Assembly (NCBI RefSeq): GCF_006345805.1
Contig: NC_043006.1
Location: 80,290,001 to 80,354,000 of the forward strand
DNA: 64,000 nt
Direction: 5' to 3'
Origin: Octopus sinensis
Lineage: Eukaryota
Part shown: positions 1-13,444 of the stretch, one piece after another
How the letters are laid out: each line of letters begins with the position of its first letter
Position numbering within the stretch: the first letter of the stretch is position 1
The notes under the pieces: generated by a model
The model's database searches: none
Seen by the model: the letters and a program-made list of their open reading frames with translations, nothing else
What the model was told of the DNA's origin: nothing
Translations under genes and position numbers: made by a program

Positions 1-900
1 CTAGCTGTGTCAGGAAAAAATCATCCATTAGATTAAAGAGTAATTTTGCTGCTGCTTTGTCTGGTGCAGTGCAGTTCCCTAACTTCAGAATATTTGTGGG
101 CCAGTTTATAAAACAGGGGTTAAAATCACCCGCAACCAGTATGTTTCCGGAGTTGTATTTTTGAAGGAAGGACTTGATTTTGCTGAGGAATTCTTCAAAG
201 CACTTTAGAGGTGCTTAGGGAGGCCTGTAGAAACCAACAATGGTCATGTCGTTGGCTTTGCTGAATAGTGATATGGATTAACAGTAGCCATTGGAAAATA
301 TGCCCTTGGCATCAACTGCAAAGGAGTCATGAAGAAAGATGACTGTTTCCTTTATTTCGGTCTGTGCGATATGTACAGATGACGGTGAAATCTTTTATTG
401 TTACCTCGGCATCCATGTGAGTACTGTTTTAGAGAGTTTCAGTATGGATAATGAAAAATATGCTGTGTGCCGTTTCGACGAGCCAACTTTATGCATGGGA
501 TCCTCCAATTTTGGGCAGCGAGTGATGGGTTGATGCCACGTACATTTAGCAGGAATGTCGAGGCAAGTTTAGTTTGACGTTTGTATTGATCTAACTGCTT
601 AGTCTTATGTGTTACGTTCTTCAGAGGTGGCAGTGAGGGTAGTTTTTGTATGGAGCTGTGTGTGTGTGTGTAATATTCTAGTTGATGTGGGAGTGTTCCT
701 TGTGTTTTGCATATACGGCTGCTGATAGCTAGTTGGATCTCCTGGTTTAGGTCGGCCTTCATATTTTCTAGATATGCTAGTGAAAATGAGTTGCCTCTTT
801 GGACTATCACGTAGTCAGATGATACATTGTTCATATTTATGTTATTTGTTTTATGATTCTGTTTGGTTTTAGGAGGTGAAATGTGGTTGTATATTGTTTT
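1..900 (-). mobile_element. Degenerate CR1/L2-type LINE fragment (APE endonuclease region)
   Basis: Minus-strand translation gives TFLLNVRGI (APE N-terminus) and GFYRPP*...ILVAGDFNPCFINW (APE motifs), with stops and frameshifts. Confidence 0.75.
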
Positions 901-1130
901 TGTTGTTGTAGCACACCTCTGTTGCTGTTTATATTCATTTTTCGTTCAATTTGTGTCATTCAGATGGTGATAAGTTCATTCTAGGTTCAGACACATCCTC
1001 AGTAAGACAGAATTTTGGCACAGTTTAAGATGGAAGATGGTGCGTCCGTCGCCTTTTGTGCATCCATATTGAGGATCAGGGTCGTGCACTCTGTATTTAG
1101 GAGAGTGTTTGGGGGTGAAAGTGTGGCTAA

Positions 1131-1185
<55 letters not shown>

Positions 1186-1296
1186 CTCACGACAGTCGAA
1201 GCAGATATCGTTTCCGGACCTGGAGTCTTTGGCGCTCGTCGCTGGAACCTGGAATGGTTTCAACACGCTGAAGAATTGACTATATATATACAAGAC

Positions 1297-1336
<40 letters not shown>

Positions 1337-1355
1337 ATATACATTTACATTTATG

Positions 1356-1408
<53 letters not shown>

Positions 1409-1845
1409 GTGTATGTGTGTGTGCGTGCGTGTTTGTGTGTGTGCGCGCGCACTTGCGTGTGTGTACAAGAATTCAAATACAATCTTATAACGATGGGAAA
1501 ATAATTGTGTGTATACATGTGAACTATTTGATATTTCCTCTGACTGGTGTTTATTAATTTTGTATAAATGTCACTCTGTTACAGTACCGAAACAGTTTAA
1601 TGTACAGGACTAAGTTCTTTCCATATAACATCCCAGCGTACTTCATTGTCCATTATATGACAGAAAAAGATACGAAGACCATTTATAATGCACGAGTAGC
1701 CCAGTCATAAAAATTTTTCTTTGTATCAATGTATGAATTCCTGTTTAGAAATTACTTTCTCCCTCTTACTTTCTCTCCTTTTCAAATATATATATATATA
1801 TATGCATACATATATATATATTAGTGTGTATATGTGTGTGTGTTT

Positions 1846-1968
1846 GGTAAGAAGTTAGCTTTCCAACCACATGGCTCCGGGCTCAATCCGACTGCGAGGC
1901 ACTTTCGGCTGACCAAACCGTTATGAGTGGATGTGGCAGACTGAAACTGAAAGAAGCCAGTCGTATGT
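1846..1968 (+). mobile_element. Partial copy of SINE family 1 (5' half)
   Basis: Matches ggtaagtagctt...accacatgg...gagtggat...aaactgaaagaagcc of the full copies at 11.9, 13.4 and 50 kb. Confidence 0.7.
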
Positions 1969-2289
1969 ATGTATACATAGAATAATATGCACTAGCAAAA
2001 ACTACGACAGTTTTCCTTGTGAGTTGCAAGCGTCCAGGCAAATTGAAGAAAAAATGATCAACACATAATATAAAATTGATAACGAAACTCAAAGCAATCC
2101 CCAAAAGCTATACCAAATGGTCGTCTCAGTGCGGCTATTAGTTACAGGGTTGAGAATTAACACCTTAGAACAAGGGCAGGAAAGATATGCTGTAGTATAC
2201 ATCTGGAAAATATTCGAAAGATTTTTCCAAAACTCTTGTTTTGAAAGTCACACTAACACCAAAACAGTGTGCATTTGCATGGTGCTAAA

Positions 2290-3160
2290 AATCCAACCCT
2301 TGAAATCAAATTAAAAGACGAGAACTGTAATAGCTCGGGAACTCAAGGTCCTACAGCTTGTAGGAGCACTGTATTTCGTTATGCCACTATAATATATTAC
2401 CAAGTATATTAGAAGATCATCGAATCTATTTCTTATCTCAAGCTGAAGACGTGCATCCACTTCGGGGCACTGAAGTCTGTTTGTATCCACTGTGGTGGAA
2501 GATGTAGCCTTTCTAAGGGATTTAAAGCGGAGGTGTAGCCTGGCACGAACAAGCATATAGTTGGAACCATTGGAGTTTCTTATTTCTGCCCCTCTGTAAA
2601 CACGACAATCGAGGACACAACTAGATCAACGAGGTCGCACTAGAATATAAACATTTGGTTGGCTGTTCGACCTGAGTACAAGGTCAGGAGGTGTCTAATA
2701 CAGTGCTCGAAACGGGTGTTTGTAACCACCTTCTTGTTTATTGCTGCCAAGCTAATCATGCAATCGCCATTCGCGAGTGGTTTCCTACACCACATTTGCC
2801 GACTATACCCTGTGTGGCGGTATCATATTGGCCCGCCTGGGTATTCCAGTCACTATCCACATTCACTATACCAACTGACCGGACGCGAAGTTGGAGAGAC
2901 TGAAGTGCATCATAAATTACTAAAATTACTTCAACGAATCTTCAGCATCAAGGGTTGGTGCACACACAACAATGATTGTGATGTTGAAGACGGAACTTAT
3001 GAAACAGATTTGAGTCTTTGGCACTCGTCGCTGGAACCGGGAATCGTTTCAACAAGCTGCAGAATCGGCCGCCAACGGACGTGCGTGAACCACCTTGACT
3101 TGTGACGCGGTGAACTCAATAGAGCCGGCTAACACCTCCCGGGTAATTGCTAATACAAGA
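2290..3160 (-). mobile_element. Degenerate RTE-clade LINE fragment (endonuclease C-half and linker)
   Basis: Minus strand reads GIVGKCGVG..VVTNTRFEH..NQM/FYILV..SSCVLDCRVYRGAE..GSNYMLVRARL..LEIRNRF, typical of RTE APE and linker. A short related piece lies at ~1190-1280. Confidence 0.7.
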
Positions 3161-3482
3161 CAAGAAGAAGAAGTATATCAAAGGTTTAGGAATCAATATG
3201 GTGTTCCTACCACCAATTAATGTGTACACACGAGTTGCCAGGAATGTATTTAACATAAAAAAACCTGGTATATCCAATAATTGTGTTACACCGCTAAATT
3301 CATGTGATGGTTAAATCTCGTAATGAAGCAGCTTTAGTTTTGAGTTCAAATACTATGCTTCTGGTGTCGATATAATCAACTAAGATCGGTTCCTCTAAAT
3401 TTCAAGTATATAGGCTGTAGTACAAAGGACTATACACACATACAAACATCTCTCTCCCTTTCTCCTTCTCCCTCTTTCTCTG

Positions 3483-3545
<63 letters not shown>

Positions 3546-3971
3546 GTGTCTGTGTCTGTGTGTTCATATATTGTACGCTTTATTTATTTCTAATGGAAAC
3601 CTAGGTATGAGTGGAAATAAGTACAGAACTTAGCAAGGTAGATAATTTTGTTCATAGTAATTGTTGACTAAACATATTTCTTGTCGAAACTTCTCAGTCG
3701 CAAATCTCTTAAGGATGTAATGTACATATTCTACATGCTGGTAATATGAGACCATATACTTCCTGACGAAAAGAACTCCATTGATATCTGGTTGGCGTGC
3801 TTACCGAATAAACTATAGGAATTTTTCTTATCTTTATATAATTAATTTGTCACGTCAGCCGTGTATGTTACAAGGATTAAATTCATTAAACAGATTTCAG
3901 GTGGTTAATTTAATTTTGCGTTTTAATTTTAAATAGTTATTACGTGCCATGAAGTTGATTATATTCCTTCG

Positions 3972-4145
3972 TACTCTAGGCACAAGGCTTGAAATTTTGG
4001 GTTAGATAGACCCCAGTACGCAACTGGCACTTAATTTATTGACCCCGAAAGGCAAAGTCGACCTCGACAGAATTTGAACTCAGAACGTAAGGCCAGACGA
4101 AATACAACTAGTTGGGCGTGTTAACGTGTTTGCCTGCTCGCAGCA
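3972..4145 (-). mobile_element. SINE family 2 (gtcgacctcgg..atttgaactcagaacgta core), degenerate
   Basis: Shares its core with copies at 8.25, 10.8, 27.1, 51.3 and 58.9 kb. Confidence 0.7.
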
Positions 4146-4581
4146 TAATGAAGTTGAACATATTAAAAATTAACACGACATACGAGATATATGTGGTGTT
4201 ACTTTTAATTCCCAGAGTGCTAATTGAAGCAGAATATTTAAGTCTTTCTAAGGTTTGACAACATTCATTAGATATAGTCGAGGGGCATAGTCTTCATCAA
4301 ATTCTTTGCTAGATCCTTTCCAAATTTTTGTATTCCTGGTACTGCATTAATGCAAAAGGAAATAGCATACATATACACAAGCACACACACATACAGGCAC
4401 ACGCAAATACATACATAAACACACATACGTACCTAATTTTAAAATAATAATCTATCGCAGGACCAGTCCAAATTTTCTAACACAAAAAAAATAAATAAAA
4501 CAAAATTTTTTTATCGATTGTTATTTTATTTAGATTTCTAGTCGCATGACAAGCTTCTGAATTTTTAGTCGATTATACATA

Positions 4582-5133
4582 CGAGGGTGAGTCAAAACGT
4601 AATGCCATTTTGTTTAGGACAGGTATAATTACCAACACAAGAACATGTATCATACATCAAAATGAAGCTGGTCCTCTGTGGATCACATCTCTACTTCTCA
4701 ACCTAGTCACCGTTTCTCTCAATAGCAATGTTCCACCGTCGAATGAGAGCATGTATCCTTGCCCCGTAAAATTCTGTTGACTGTTCTTTGAGCCACTTCA
4801 CTACAGTTTTCCCTTCCTCGTCACTGGAATAATGTTTGCCTCTCAAACCCTCTTTCGTGGCGCCGAAGAGATGATAGTCTGAAGGCGCTAAATCTGTTGA
4901 GTGTGGAGGTAATGCAGAAGTGACTCAAAGAACAGTCAACAGAATTTTACAGGGCAGGGATAATGCTCTCATTCGAAGGTGGAACATTGCTATTGAGAGA
5001 AACAGTGTCTATGTTGAGAAGTAGGAATGTGATCCACAGAGGATCAGCTTCCTTTTGATGTATGATACATGTTCCTGTGTTGGTAGTTATACCTGTCCTA
5101 AACAAAATGGCATTACTTTTTGACCCACCCTCG
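4582..5133. mobile_element. Mariner-derived fold-back non-autonomous element
   Basis: TA|CGAGGGT...ACCCTCG|TA termini; ~220-bp inverted arms; internal minus-strand PDLAPSDYHLF transposase motif. Confidence 0.85.
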
Positions 5134-5363
5134 TACCTTCTTGATAAGCCGTTCAATATATTTGTATTTTTATTGCATATATATTTTTTACCTTCTCTGT
5201 TTTTAATATATGTATTCTTTATATGTTAAAGGCCTTATATATGATTATATGTTTTGAAGCCTGGTGTTATATAAAGTCGTTGACTAGAATTTGATGTTTG
5301 TTCTCTTATCAATGTTTTTTTTTTTGCAGTTTTATAAACTTTCTTGTCGTATATATATATATA

Positions 5364-5843
5364 CTGTGAAAATATAAGAGTAGAAAATTTAGAAAACTTT
5401 TCATACCTGTGGCTTGCATGCGTAATAAAGTCAATAGACAACATATTTTTATATATATTAGTATATAAACAACTTAAGTATTTATACACGAAAGAGGTGA
5501 CCTTTGATAGGGCACCTTATAATGCTAGAAAGTGCAACCATTGATGAAGTACGGATGGCAAATGAATGTATTTGCACATTGATACAGGAACTCGAGTTTG
5601 AGGGTGACTACAAAAATATTTTTGTTTTCATTCCCTTTCAAATTGTTTTACTTTTGGTTTGGGCTTTGACTTCCCTTTCTGGCATGTAAGGTGTCCTGTC
5701 ATAGGTCACCCATTTCGTGTATAAATACGTAAATTGTTTGTACACTGTTATATATGAAAATATGTTGTCTATTGACTTTATTACGCATTCTAACCACCGG
5801 TTTGAACATTTTTCTAACTTTTCTACCCTTAATATTTTCACAC
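5364..5843. mobile_element. MITE with ~180-bp imperfect TIRs and TA flanks; partial second copy at ~6015-6235
   Basis: ta|ctgtgaaaata...tattttcacac|ta; arms 5364-5530 and 5670-5843 are reverse complements. Confidence 0.7.
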
Positions 5844-6588
5844 TAAAATTTTCGTAATCTCTAAGCCATTCTGGTACGCAGTTTTTTTTCGTATTATTAT
5901 TTGCTGCCGAAAGTAACTGCTCTTGCGCGGTGGGTTTGAAAATTATAACATATTAATATGTAGCATGTGTGTTCTCGATGCTTTTTGCTGCATAAATATG
6001 CATTTATTTTAACGACCTCACTGATAAAGTACGAATGGCAAATTAATTTATTTGCACATTGATACAGAAACTCAAGACTGAGGGTGACTACAAAAATATT
6101 TTTTTACTTTCTTCCCCTTTGAAATTGCTTTTATTCGTGGTTTCGGCTTTGACTGCTATTTCTAGCATGTAAGCTATCCTGTCAAATGCCACCGCTTTCA
6201 TATATAAATACTTAAATTGTTTATACACAATCATGTGTATGTGTGTGTGTGTGTGTGTGGTGTGTGTGTGTGTGTATGTGTGTGTGTGTGTGTGTGTGTG
6301 TAAAACGTCGTCTACTTACGTGAATAAGTATGTACTATAATTGCTCTGGTTGGTTTACCACCCTAACTCCGGCTTGCTTCTGACTAGTGTCTGAAAGGAG
6401 ATTTTTGTGGCATTTTCGTTCTTCGTGTGGTGAGTATATATAGAAAACAAAGTTATTTTATTCCAAGACAGCTGCGACATCTTTCTATTTGAACTTTTTG
6501 ATAATCAGCGTAAATTGTGAAAACGGATAAAGCTTTAAATATATTAATAAAAATATTTTAACTGTTCTCAGTGCATTTTCAACTACTA

Positions 6589-6631
<43 letters not shown>

Positions 6632-7267
6632 ATATATATATATAATATATATATATACTGCATAAAACCACAAGTGTAATAGGTAGAACTGCATGCATTT
6701 TCGACCTCGTGTTGATGTCTAGCGTGTAGTTCTGCAAATTATATTTGTATAGACGATCATACTGTAAATCTACAGATAAATTGTGTAAGCTAAATTACGT
6801 AATTTGCTGATAGTGAAACATTTGTTTATGATTAATCTTTATTTTTGTTACTTTTCATTTGTCTTGCTCGCTTACGTTTCTGGTGTTTGCTAAATTTTCT
6901 AGAGAACAATTCTTAGTTGTAAGACCATAGCGGATCTTCTTTTAGCATAAGAGTTTCCACATAGTGGTAAATTCCCGCTTATATGTATGTAATATATATA
7001 TATATTGCGCTATCTCTTTAGAACGCGTAACTTACGATTCAGACATAATTGCAGAGTAGCTAGATTAAACAATTGATTAAAAGATAAAAGGTATAGTCTC
7101 TTACATCCAGTTCTAGAATAGCTGTGCATATGGTGCACAGGACTTTGAGCAAAGATTTCCATATAAGCCGATTATTCAGAGATGAAAAATTAAGGAACAT
7201 CCTTAGTAATAGGAAATGTTACCAGTTTTGTCATTGACGAATTAAGTAATATCCGTAGTAAGAGATA

Positions 7268-7650
7268 TGTTTATTTATTAGCCACACAGGGCTGAACTCA
7301 GAGAGGACAAATAACAAAGTTGAGCTTTTCTTTTTGGGGAGAAAAAAAATGCGGGGGATAGGTTTTCGAACAAAAGGGATCGTAAAAAAACAGAAAAAAG
7401 GAGACGATCAATAGGGATCGTGTATCACAGAAGTGTCATGATGTAATATGTAAAGGGGGAAACAGATAAAGTTTATCCGTGGAAAGAAAAGCCTACGGAA
7501 AAGACCACGTTAACCTCGGTCAATAATGTCACATGTTGCAAGTAAGTAACTCTCTGTTTTAAATTTTTCCGGGTTCATAGGGTTATGCTCAAGGTGGCTT
7601 CGTTATTCATACGTGCCATCCTTGCTACGAGATAATAATAGTCGCCAGTT
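7268..7650 (-). mobile_element. 3' end of a Tx1-like LINE
   Basis: Minus strand LVARMARM..LSITL* resembles the ORF2 C-terminus; tail ttgtcctctctgagttcagccctgtgtggctaataaa resembles the tails of the array elements. Confidence 0.6.
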
Positions 7651-8079
7651 CCATCGTAGAAGAGAAGTGGAACATACACTAACTCGTATAGTGAAGGGAT
7701 ATATAATTTATGAGTTAAGCATTATTTCTCGACTCCTTATTTACTCCAACTTCTCTGCAATTATGTTTGAACTGTAAATTACACGCTCTTAAGTGATATG
7801 TTCGCTTGTTTATTCTTTCTTTCTGGTATATACATACATGCATGCATACACATGCACACGTACACATACAAATACACTCACTCACGTGTATGTGTGTGTG
7901 TGTATACTTGTGTGTCTATCCTCAAACAAGTATAGTTATTTGCAGAACTATAAGTGGGTTTGTTTATATCCAGTCACTTTTAATGCTTATTACTTCCAAA
8001 TGTAATACAGTACACTTATGTATAGCTTCCGGTGTCAGGCTGACCTGAAACTTTCTACTTCTCCCAGTATACCAGTGTA

Positions 8080-8091
8080 TTATTATTATTG

Positions 8092-8158
<67 letters not shown>

Positions 8159-8181
8159 CATCATCATCATCATCATCATCA

Positions 8182-8243
<62 letters not shown>
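8080..8243. repeat. Compound (ATT)n(ATC)n(ATT)n microsatellite
   Basis: Direct reading. Confidence 0.95.
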
Positions 8244-8244
<1 letters not shown>

Positions 8245-8249
8245 TAATC

Positions 8250-8470
8250 AAAGTAGCAAACTCGCAGAATCGTTGGCACGCCGGACAAAACGCTTAGGGC
8301 ATTTCTTCCGGCGCTTTACGTTCTGAGCTCAAATTCCGCCGAGATCGACGGAATGTTTTGCATCATTTTGGAGTCGGTAAATTAAGTACCAATGGAACAG
8401 TGGAATCGATGTAATCGATTAGTCCCCTCCCCACAAATTTCAGACCTTGTGTCTATAGCAGAAAGGATTA
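8250..8470 (+). mobile_element. SINE family 2 variant ending in (ATT)n
   Basis: gcagaatcgttggcacgccgg..ttctgagctcaaattccgccgagatcgac core. Confidence 0.7.
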
Positions 8471-8599
8471 TTATTATTATTATTATTATTTAAATCACTG
8501 CGATGACGTGGAAGACAACGACGACGAAAATAAGGGTGAATTCGGTGTGGGCGTCTTTCGTGCGACACGTCTTTCTGCAGGTTATCTCATTCAGTCATG

Positions 8600-9480
8600 C
8601 GTCAAACGTAGAACTAAGGTTGGGCGTTTAGCATCTTTAGCATCTAGAATGTTGTCAGGCGCTCACTGTATTGTACCAGCTGCTCAAAACAGTTAGCGGG
8701 AACACAACCCAAGATTTCTATAGGGGGTTAGTTGAGGATATGTGTAGTAATCGCTTAGGATTGAAACAAGGCTTCAACGAGAACTGTCTGAATATTTTCT
8801 TCCAGAGGACCTTCGGGTCGAAGATCATGGACAATTTCCAAAAGTCTTTGACTTGGCAGTGCTACAGAGAGGCATTGCCCATTCGAGACAAGCTTTTCAG
8901 GCATGGAGGTGCCAACAGCCGAACATGCCCCAGATGCTTGCAGAGGGACGAAACTCTACTGCATGCGATAATTCAGTGTACATGCATTAGTGAGTTGTAG
9001 GATTGTGTGTAGCAGCTGCTGTCGTGTGTAAGACGAATTCAGCTGTCTGCCGAGTGCATTGTGAAGATTAACGCACCACTTTCTTTTAGAAGAGAAAGAA
9101 GGCAGATCTTTCTCTGCTTGGTGCCTGTGTCAAAAGAGGATTTGTGGTGAACCCGTCTGAAAGGTCTGAAGATAGGCACATTCCTATCTGGTCAAGCCCG
9201 CATAAATTTCTTCAAATATCATTTGAAGAGGAATGTGAGGGCAGAGAAGGAGGTGCTGCCTTCTAGTGTGTTTGTCAAAAAGTAGTTGACTGTGGTAAGA
9301 CTGGTGACTCTGGTGATTCTGAATATGCTTTTCTAAGCAGGATGAAAGCAACTGGAAGACGGAACTTACCCATACCTTGGAGATGGCAAAGTAATCCGGG
9401 ATTTTTGCATGGAGTTTACCCCAGATTACCCTAAGTGGACTGCCCTGCTATTGGCGATTCTATTTATTTATTATTTATTT
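8600..9480 (+). mobile_element. Degenerate 3' fragment of Tx1-like LINE ORF2 (C-terminal zinc-binding region) plus 3' UTR
   Basis: ORF 8671-9000 DNFQKSLTWQCYREALPIRDKLFRHG..CPRC..ET..HAII.C is homologous to the ORF2 C-termini at 23.6 and 28.6 kb. Confidence 0.85.
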
Positions 9481-9494
9481 GGCAAAGAGATAAG

Positions 9495-9930
9495 ATGCTA
9501 GCGTGTCACCTTGTAATACTCCGACTTCAAAGTATTTTATCTCTCCATCAAGAGTGATCACTTTCGCTCTGGCGTTCTCATACAGCTTACTTATTGCTCT
9601 CAGAATTCTGGGTGGAATATCATATGCTTTAAATATCTTCTTCATCATTCCTCTATGTACTGAATCAAAAGCCTTTTTAAAGTCTACATAGATTACAGCA
9701 GGATCAGGCTGTCATCCATTGTTGCAAAAATGGTCAACAAGATGATACTTAACCGAATACAACCTAAGATAGACAAACAGTTACGACCAAATCAAAATCG
9801 ATTCAGATCAGGACTGTCGAAAATATGTCACATAGATAAGTCTACATAGATAATGATAGCCTTCCTGTTACGGCTCTTAACTCATTATATCAGTCTTCTA
9901 AGTGCGACAATGTGACATGTTTTCACAGCC
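9495..9930 (-). mobile_element. LINE reverse-transcriptase fragment carrying an inverted insert of the same RT family
   Basis: Minus: HIVALRRLI..NRKAIIIYVDFKKAFDSVHRG..GVLQGDTLA. Plus-strand insert 9694-9837: LSSIVAKMVNKMILNRIQP..LRPNQN.FR. Confidence 0.8.
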
Positions 9931-10159
9931 AGTTAAACGTCACTATGCGTAGAGCAATGGAATCTAGTATTTTGAAAATTAGTGTCAAACACGCACAAAG
10001 TATCGTCTATAAAGAAGTTTTGTAATCATATTGATATTAAAATCCATTTACACATTTTTCAATACATACTGCTGTTATGACTGCCTTCCCATATTTTATG
10101 CCTCCATCATAGATGGGTAGATTTGCTAGTATTAATGATGATAATAATAATAATAATAA

Positions 10160-10736
10160 TAGATGCAGTACCAGACAGTGGCTCTCATGGCTTCTGATCA
10201 TAACTGATCGGAAGTGTTATCATGTACATTGTTTAGTCTTGATATAAAAGACGGGCTGCAGCAAATATTCTGCTCAATATCACAGATTTGCCTGTCAGTT
10301 GTTTGACCTTAACCGGTTGAGCATGTCCCTTAATGGCTGACGATATGTGCATCTCTGATCACGAGTAGAAGTAGTGGGGGAGCATCATAGCCATGTGTTG
10401 AGAGGGATTCTTTGGGGTTTGAATAATTCATCTCTGGAAACATGGGTGTTTCGTTCAACATCCTTAAACAATCCTTATTCAGGGACCTTTTGAGCGGGAT
10501 GAACTACTCGACCAGAAGAAAATTCTAACTGGACTCCTGCTACAAAGTCATGCGCTGTTTATCTTGAGATGAGATCACCATGTCACGCACATATGGTTGT
10601 GATGCATGTGCCTGGTGTACCCTAATCAGACGGTAGTCATGATGGATATACTGGGCTTCGTATATTTTACCCCAGTGTCACTTTGATGGCATGCATTGCT
10701 CTCTCTCACTCAATAATAATAATAATAATAATAATG

Positions 10737-10790
<54 letters not shown>
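10160..10790 (+). repeat. Interspersed repeat with (AAT)n tail; partial second copy at ~11175-11270
   Basis: The block gtcatgcg..atcttga.atgagatcacc..catatggttgtgatgcatgtg occurs twice; family not identified. Confidence 0.55.
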
Positions 10791-10799
<9 letters not shown>

Positions 10800-10986
10800 C
10801 CTTTCTACTATGGGCGTAAGGCCTGAAATTTTGGGGGAGGGGTTAAGTCGATTGAATCGACTCCAGTACTCAACTGGTATTTAATTTATCGACCTCGAAG
10901 GGATGGAAGACAAAGTCGACCTCGGTAGAATTTGAACTCAGAACGTAGCGACGGGCAAAATGATACAATTCTATCAGCTGGACGTC

Positions 10987-10990
<4 letters not shown>
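10790..10990 (-). mobile_element. SINE family 2 variant
   Basis: aaagtcgacctcggtagaatttgaactcagaacgtag core. Confidence 0.7.
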
Positions 10991-11039
<49 letters not shown>

Positions 11040-11067
11040 TATGATAATAATAATAATAATAATGATA

Positions 11068-11144
<77 letters not shown>

Positions 11145-11172
11145 CAGAAGAAGAAGAAGAAGAAGAAGAAGA
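10989..11172. repeat. Compound (AAT)n(GAT)n(AAT)n(AGA)n microsatellite
   Basis: Direct reading. Confidence 0.95.
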
Positions 11173-11489
11173 AGGGTCATGCGCAGTTCATCTTGATATG
11201 AGATCACCGTGTTGCACACATATGGTTGTGATGCATGTGTCTAGTGTGCCCTTATCAGACGGGTAGTCATGAATTTGAACTCAGGACGTATAGGACCATA
11301 GGAAATACCGCTAAGCATATTTTAACCAGCGCCGTAACGATCTGGAAGTTCGTTGTCTTTAATAACAATATTGCTTCAAATTTTGGCACAAAGCCAGCAA
11401 ATTCAGGGTACTTTAATTTATCCATCCCGATTTATCCAGCGGGATTTGAACATAGGAAGTGTAACAGCAGTGAAGTACAAACTCTAGGT

Positions 11490-11690
11490 CAGTGGTTTTC
11501 AACCAGGGTTCCGCCAGTCCAGTTCAGGGGTTCCGCAAGAAGTTACAAAAATGCTAAAATCGACAGTAATTTTTAATTCTCCTGTGCAGATATGTGTGCA
11601 TAAGACAATTAAATTATTGCACAGGGGTTCCTCGAGCCAGTGGAATGTTTTCTTGGGGTTCCGTTACAGCAAAAAGGTTGAAAAGCACTG
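11490..11690. mobile_element. hAT (Charlie-like) MITE, 201 bp
   Basis: TIR CAGTGGTTTTCAACC / GGTTGAAAAGCACTG; 8-bp TSD ctctaggt/ctctagat matches the NTCTAGAN preference of Charlie-type hATs. Confidence 0.85.
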
Positions 11691-11904
11691 CTCTAGATAT
11701 AAGGTGTGAGTCTAGCTATCTCTAGGAAAACGTAACAGAATAAACTATTCCTATATTCACAAAATGCTGGCGTTGACTTTTTGAACGAAACTTTTGATTA
11801 TGAATGCTTCATGATCCAAAGAACTGATAAAAAAGTGAAAAACTACCTGTACAGCAATAAACACGAATATGCACAACTATACTTTCATGTGTAAACAATC
11901 ATCT

Positions 11905-12103
11905 CTCTTTACTCTTTACTCTTTTACTTGTTTCAGTCATTTGACTGCGGCCATGCTGGAGCACTGCCTTTATTCTTTTGCAAGCCCAGTACTTATTCTA
12001 TCGGTCTCTTTTGCCGAACCGCTAAGTAACGGGGACATAAACACACCAGCATCGGTTGTCAAGCAATGCTAGGGGGACAAACACAGACACACAAACACAC
12101 ACA

Positions 12104-12179
<76 letters not shown>

Positions 12180-12344
12180 TACGACGGGCTTCTTTCAGTT
12201 TCCGTCTACTAAATCCACTCTCAAGGCTTTGGTCGGCCCGAGGCTATAGTAGAAGACAGTTGCCCAAGGTGCAACGCAGTGGGACTGAACCCGGAACCAT
12301 GTGGTTGGTAAACAAGCTACTTACCACACAGCCACTCCTGCGCC
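11905..12344 (-). mobile_element. SINE family 1, full length (tRNA-like head, internal microsatellite, (TAAAAGAG)n tail)
   Basis: Head ggcgcaggagtggctgtgtggtaagtagctt..accacatggttccgggttcagtccc with A/B-box-like motifs; many copies in the window. Confidence 0.85.
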
Positions 12345-12559
12345 ATATACGTTATATATGTTAACATGTTAACTCGTATATAAACGCATTAATTTTACTT
12401 GAATTTGCAAATTTTTTCATCTAAACCTTTGCATTAAGTAGTTTAGATAAAAAAACGGTAAATACTACGTGTAGGTACGTACGCATGTATTTATGTATGT
12501 ATGTATGTATGTATGTATGTATGTATGTATGTATGTATGTATGTATGTATGTATGTATG

Positions 12560-12606
<47 letters not shown>

Positions 12607-12757
12607 ATATTGAATTACATTAATCTTTCAAGATAAATTCTAAAAAGTCACGTTACTTGGAAACTGAGATGATGGTTGTTTCTTTCGTTGTACGTATAAA
12701 CATACGTACATACGCGCACGTGCGCTTATACACACGTACACACACATACACACACAC

Positions 12758-12796
<39 letters not shown>

Positions 12797-13444
12797 CGCA
12801 TAATTCTTATGCGCACACATACATATAATTCTTTTTAGATGTGGTATATCTGGAAGTGCACACAAATAGCATGTTTTTATAGTTTTACGTGTCTGCCTCG
12901 AGATACACTACTTCCTAAAAGAATTGATTCATGTTCACTCGAAAGTTTATAAAATTCCCATGATGTCAATATATATCTACATATGTGTGTGTGTTCGTGT
13001 GTGTTTGTTTGTATATGTGTGCTTGTGTGTGTTTGTGTGTGTGTGCTTGTGTGTTTGTGTGTGTGTATATGTGTGCACAAACCTGTGTCTACTTTTGAAT
13101 TTCGTTGTACCGATATGCATCTCATTCTCATTAGGGGTCAATAAAGTGAAACTATACTCAGCACTTAGTTTGGATCTCTTGTCTGCAAGTTCGAATTTCA
13201 CAGGGGACAAACTTGCATTTTGTTCCCCGTAGGAGTCCTTTTATACGACCTCACCTCTCTTTGAATGTAGAAAAATATTCCCTAATATCCCTCTGAACGT
13301 TACATCAATTCGTCGCAGATTTAACCTCACAATTATTGCTTGAAATGAAGAACACAATACATCGCCAGGGCCGGGAAGTCAAAATACGATCTTACAATCT
13401 TGAGCGCAGTACACTAAACACTAGGACAGGCACCGCCACCTACC

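Noticed and set aside
2659-3105. 148-aa plus-strand ORF
   Set aside because: Antisense to the degenerate RTE endonuclease region.
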